NCBI GenBank assembly: GCA_963764625.1
Contig: CAVXTH010000009.1
Span: forward strand, 896,001-960,000
Direction of reading: 5' to 3'
DNA length: 64,000 nucleotides
Source: Candidatus Krumholzibacteriota bacterium
GTDB taxonomy: Bacteria > Krumholzibacteriota > Krumholzibacteriia > JAJRXK01
In this document: one piece after another, positions 60,977 to 64,000 of the stretch
Layout of the letters: each line of letters starts with the position of its first letter
Numbering within the stretch: the first letter of the stretch is position 1
Position numbers and translations under genes: made by a program
The notes under the pieces: generated by a model
Seen by the model: the letters and a program-made list of their open reading frames with translations, nothing else
Databases searched by the model: none
What the model was told of the DNA's origin: nothing

Positions 60977-61976
60977 GTGCCTCTGGCCGGCGAGGACCGC
61001 GTCAAACTCCAGTCGCTTCAGTCCTTCGTGGCCGAGGAGTTGGGCTCCTTCGAGCGGGAGTACGAAACTCTGCTCAACGGAGAACTGGAGCTCCTGGGGA
61101 CAGATCTGCGAGCACCTGAAGCAGGGCAAGTCCAAGCGCTTCCGACCGATGCTCCTGCTCATCACCTCCAAGAACGGCAGCGAGATGCACCCGGATACCG
61201 CGTTCGCGGCCGCCTGTGTCGAGCTGGTACACACCGCCACTCTCGTCCACGACGATTTCATCGACGATGCCTCGACGCGTCGCCGTCTTCCCACCGTCAA
61301 CGTGAAGTGGGGACCGGCCGCTGCTCTCATCATGGGAGATTTTCTCTACACGAAAGTCTTCTCTCTGCTCACCGCGCGGGGAATGGACGACGCGATGAGG
61401 ATCATCGCGGCCACCACCCACCGGATGAGCGTGGCGGAGATGATGCAGCTGGAGAGTCGATCTCGTCTGGATCTGCCGGAAGAGGACTACTTCACGATCA
61501 TCTCGGAGAAAACGGCCTGCTTGATCGCGGCCTCCTGCGAGATCGGATCGCTGTTCCACCCCGGGCTCAGGATGCATCGCCCCGTACTTTCGTCGTTTGG
61601 ACAGAATCTGGGGATGGCATTTCAAATTACTGATGACATCTTCGATTACCGGGGTGATCCCAAGCGGCTCGGCAAGCCAGTGGGAGGAGATTGGCGAGAG
61701 GGGCGGATCACGCTTCCATTCATCGCAGCCTGGCGCAACGCGCCGGCTCAACTGAAACAGCGATTGCGCGAAGCGATCTCGGCCGGCCCGGAAGATCCGA
61801 GGCTCTGGGCCGAGGTCCGTGAGATGGTTCAGCAGTATGGCGGATTGGATTATTCTCATCGCATGGCCGCGCACTACGGGGAGCGGGCGAAGGAAGGCCT
61901 CATTGGTCTGGCGACGCATCCCCAGACCGCGATTCTCACCGACGCGGTAGATTATGTGCTCCGCCGCCTCAACTGA
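60977..61976 (+). CDS. Polyprenyl diphosphate synthase (IspB/HepT-like); frameshift ~61100, start approximate
   Basis: KRFRPMLL, ELVHTATLVHDDFIDD..RR, GDFL, KTA, AFQITDD. Confidence 0.9.
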
Positions 61977-61988
61977 GCAGCATCTCCC

Positions 61989-62381
61989 GTGGAATCCAGT
62001 ACGGACGAGGTCATGAGCAAAGAGCAAAGCCATGAGTTGGCTCGCGCCATCGTGGAATGGGGCCTTGCGAAAAAGGCCGAAGACGTGGTGGTGCTGGACG
62101 TCAGCGAACTCAGTGACGTCACCGACTACTTCGTACTGCTCAGCGGGGGCTCCCAGTCGCAAGTGCAGACCATCGCGGAGGCCATTCTGGACGCCGCGGT
62201 GAAGTGGGGCGAAAAACCCCTTCACGTGGAGGGAAGAGAGCTGGGAAGCTGGATCTTGATCGATTTCTTTGACGTGGTGGCTCACGTGATGCAGCCTCGA
62301 ATTCGGAACTACTACTCTCTCGAGCGACTCTGGGGAGACGCGCCTCTCACCCGCTTCGATGAGGAAGGGGCCTCGCAATGA
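61989..62381 (+). CDS. rsfS: Ribosome silencing factor
   Basis: KKAEDVVVLD, TDYFV, WILID, RNYYSLERLWGDA. Confidence 0.95.
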   Translation: MESSTDEVMSKEQSHELARAIVEWGLAKKAEDVVVLDVSELSDVTDYFVLLSGGSQSQVQTIAEAILDAAVKWGEKPLHVEGRELGSWILIDFFDVVAHVMQPRIRNYYSLERLWGDAPLTRFDEEGASQ

Positions 62382-64000
62382 TCGAAACGCTCATTCGCGA
62401 CGCTCTGATCAAGGCGTTGGAAGGCTACGGAGTCTTCGAGGAGGACGTTCGCCTCGAACTGGAACAGCCCAAGGACCCCAGCCACGGCGATCTCAGCTCC
62501 AACGTCGCTCTCCTCCTGTGCAAGCGGCTCGACCGCAAGCCGCGGGAACTGGCGGGAGAAATCGCGGCCAGCCTTGAATTGGACAAGTCACAGGTGGAAT
62601 CCCTGGAGATCGCGGGCCCCGGATTCATCAACTTCCGCTATTCGCACCAGGCGCGCACCGAGCCCATCCTCACGATCCTGGAGGAGGGCGAAAGCTACGG
62701 TCGCAGCCAGGCCGGGGGTGGGCAGCGCATCAGTCTGGAGTACATCAGCGCGAATCCCACCGGACCTTTGAACATCGTGAGCGCGCGCGCCGCCGCGGTG
62801 GGATCGACCCTGCACCGAGTGATGGAACGAGCTGGCTATCGCGCGAGCAGCGAGTTCTACGTCAACAATGCCGGCCGTCAGGTTCTGCTCTTCGGCCAGA
62901 GTCTTCTGGCCCGTTACCTCCAGGCGAAGGGCAGCGCGGCCGAGATTCCCGAGGAAGGTTACCAGGGAGAGTATCTCGAAGTACTCGCGCGCGAATTGTT
63001 CGAGCGCGGCACCGCCTTGCTTTCGCAGGAGAGTGACGAAGAGGCGGGACGCATCATCGGCGACCTCTCTTTGCCCAAAGGCGAACCCGACGATTGGCTG
63101 AAGCTAGAAGACGATGAAGAATCGGCGCGCGCGTTCGGTGCCTTCGGAATCGCCGCCATGCTCGTGTCTCAGCGCGCGACTTGTCGGCGCTACGGGGTTC
63201 GTTTCGATTCTTGGTTCCTCGAGACCGAGCTCCACCGCAGTGGGAAGCTGGACAAGACTCTGGAGATCCTCAAGGAAGGGGGTCACGTCTACGAGAAGGA
63301 AGGCGCCACCTGGTTGTCCACGAGCGAATTCGAGGATGAAAAGGACCGCGTCCTGGTGAAAAGCGATGGAGTTCCCACCTACTTCCTTCCCGACATCGCC
63401 TACCATCTGAGCAAGAAGGAACGGGGCGCCGAAGTCGCCATCGACCTCTTGGGTCCCGACCATCACGGCTACATCGCCCGCATGGCGGCGGCCAGCGAGT
63501 GCTTGGGCTTAGGCAAGGACTGGCTGGAGATCATTCTGCTTCAGCAGGTCAATCTGATTCAGGATGGACGTCCTCTGGAGATGTCCAAGCGGGCGGGACG
63601 GCTCGTGACCATGGATGAGCTCATCGACGAAGTCGGAGCGGACGTGGCGCGCTTCTTCTTTCTGGCACGCAAGAATTCCTCGCACCTCGACTTCGATCTG
63701 GATTTGGCACGCAAGCAGAGCAGCGACAATCCGGGTTGGTACGTGAAGTACGCGCATGCCCGGATCTGCAGCGTTCTGCGTAACGCGCAGACTCAGGGGG
63801 TGGACAAGCATCCGGCGACTTCGAAGGAGCTGAAGCTTTTGAAGGAGGAGGCGGAAATCGCGCTCTGCCGCCTCCTGCCCGATCTGCCCTACATCATCGC
63901 CCGTAGCGCTGCGGCGCGGGACGTCTCGCGACTGGCCAGGTACGCGGTCGATCTCGCGTCCGCCTTCCATCATTTTTATCAACACTGCCGGATCCTCACC
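62378..64000 (+). CDS. argS: Arginine--tRNA ligase, 3' truncated by window edge (absent from ORF track because no stop)
   Basis: ATG 62378 MIETLIR..; HGDLSSN, AGPGFINF, EYISANPTGPL, EFYVNNAG, PTYFLPDIAYH, MSKRAG, YVKYAHARICS. Confidence 0.95.
   Translation, partial: MIETLIRDALIKALEGYGVFEEDVRLELEQPKDPSHGDLSSNVALLLCKRLDRKPRELAGEIAASLELDKSQVESLEIAGPGFINFRYSHQARTEPILTILEEGESYGRSQAGGGQRISLEYISANPTGPLNIVSARAAAVGSTLHRVMERAGYRASSEFYVNNAGRQVLLFGQSLLARYLQAKGSAAEIPEEGYQGEYLEVLARELFERGTALLSQESDEEAGRIIGDLSLPKGEPDDWLKLEDDEESARAFGAFGIAAMLVSQRATCRRYGVRFDSWFLETELHRSGKLDKTLEILKEGGHVYEKEGATWLSTSEFEDEKDRVLVKSDGVPTYFLPDIAYHLSKKERGAEVAIDLLGPDHHGYIARMAAASECLGLGKDWLEIILLQQVNLIQDGRPLEMSKRAGRLVTMDELIDEVGADVARFFFLARKNSSHLDFDLDLARKQSSDNPGWYVKYAHARICSVLRNAQTQGVDKHPATSKELKLLKEEAEIALCRLLPDLPYIIARSAAARDVSRLARYAVDLASAFHHFYQHCRILT

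Noticed and set aside
1-64000. Prophage, integrase, tRNA or rRNA genes
   Set aside because: No such motifs seen; nearly all sequence is accounted for by + strand CDSs and short spacers

Overview
High-GC bacterial chromosome segment. Every credible gene (about 47) lies on the + strand; the many long minus-strand ORFs look like shadows. PorV-family barrels, FlgD/T9SS-type C-terminal sorting domains, a short RpoD-like sigma and NxPPDT lipoproteins suggest an FCB-superphylum lineage such as Krumholzibacteriota, Latescibacterota or Eisenbacteria (inference). Housekeeping blocks are degP, sigma70, M23, amidase, cdaR, vanZ, aspS, phoH-HD-ybeY-CBS-DUF502-mgtE-recO-glyQS, ppdK, and aspC-purD-purE-tsaC-LMW phosphatase-glyA-nrdR-tatC-polyprenyl synthase-rsfS-argS. 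They are interleaved with envelope and secreted-protein modules. Many genes, including essential ones, carry 1-2 nt frameshifts that most likely reflect long-read assembly errors. The most striking locus is a compact ~14 kb operon (32.0-46.0 kb). It runs from a sigma54-like promoter to a ~2,970-aa Ig/invasin-repeat surface protein with a sorting CTD, then a PorV-like barrel with a long coiled-coil/TPR tail. Next is an inner-membrane protein fusing an RsbW-type kinase, periplasmic sensor, HAMP, PP2C/SpoIIE phosphatase and an IS481-transposase-like HTH, followed by a STAS anti-anti-sigma and a terminator. This is a candidate trans-envelope partner-switching signalling system. I saw no CRISPR, rRNA, tRNA or intact mobile element. 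All calls come from motif recognition by eye; no database searches were run.
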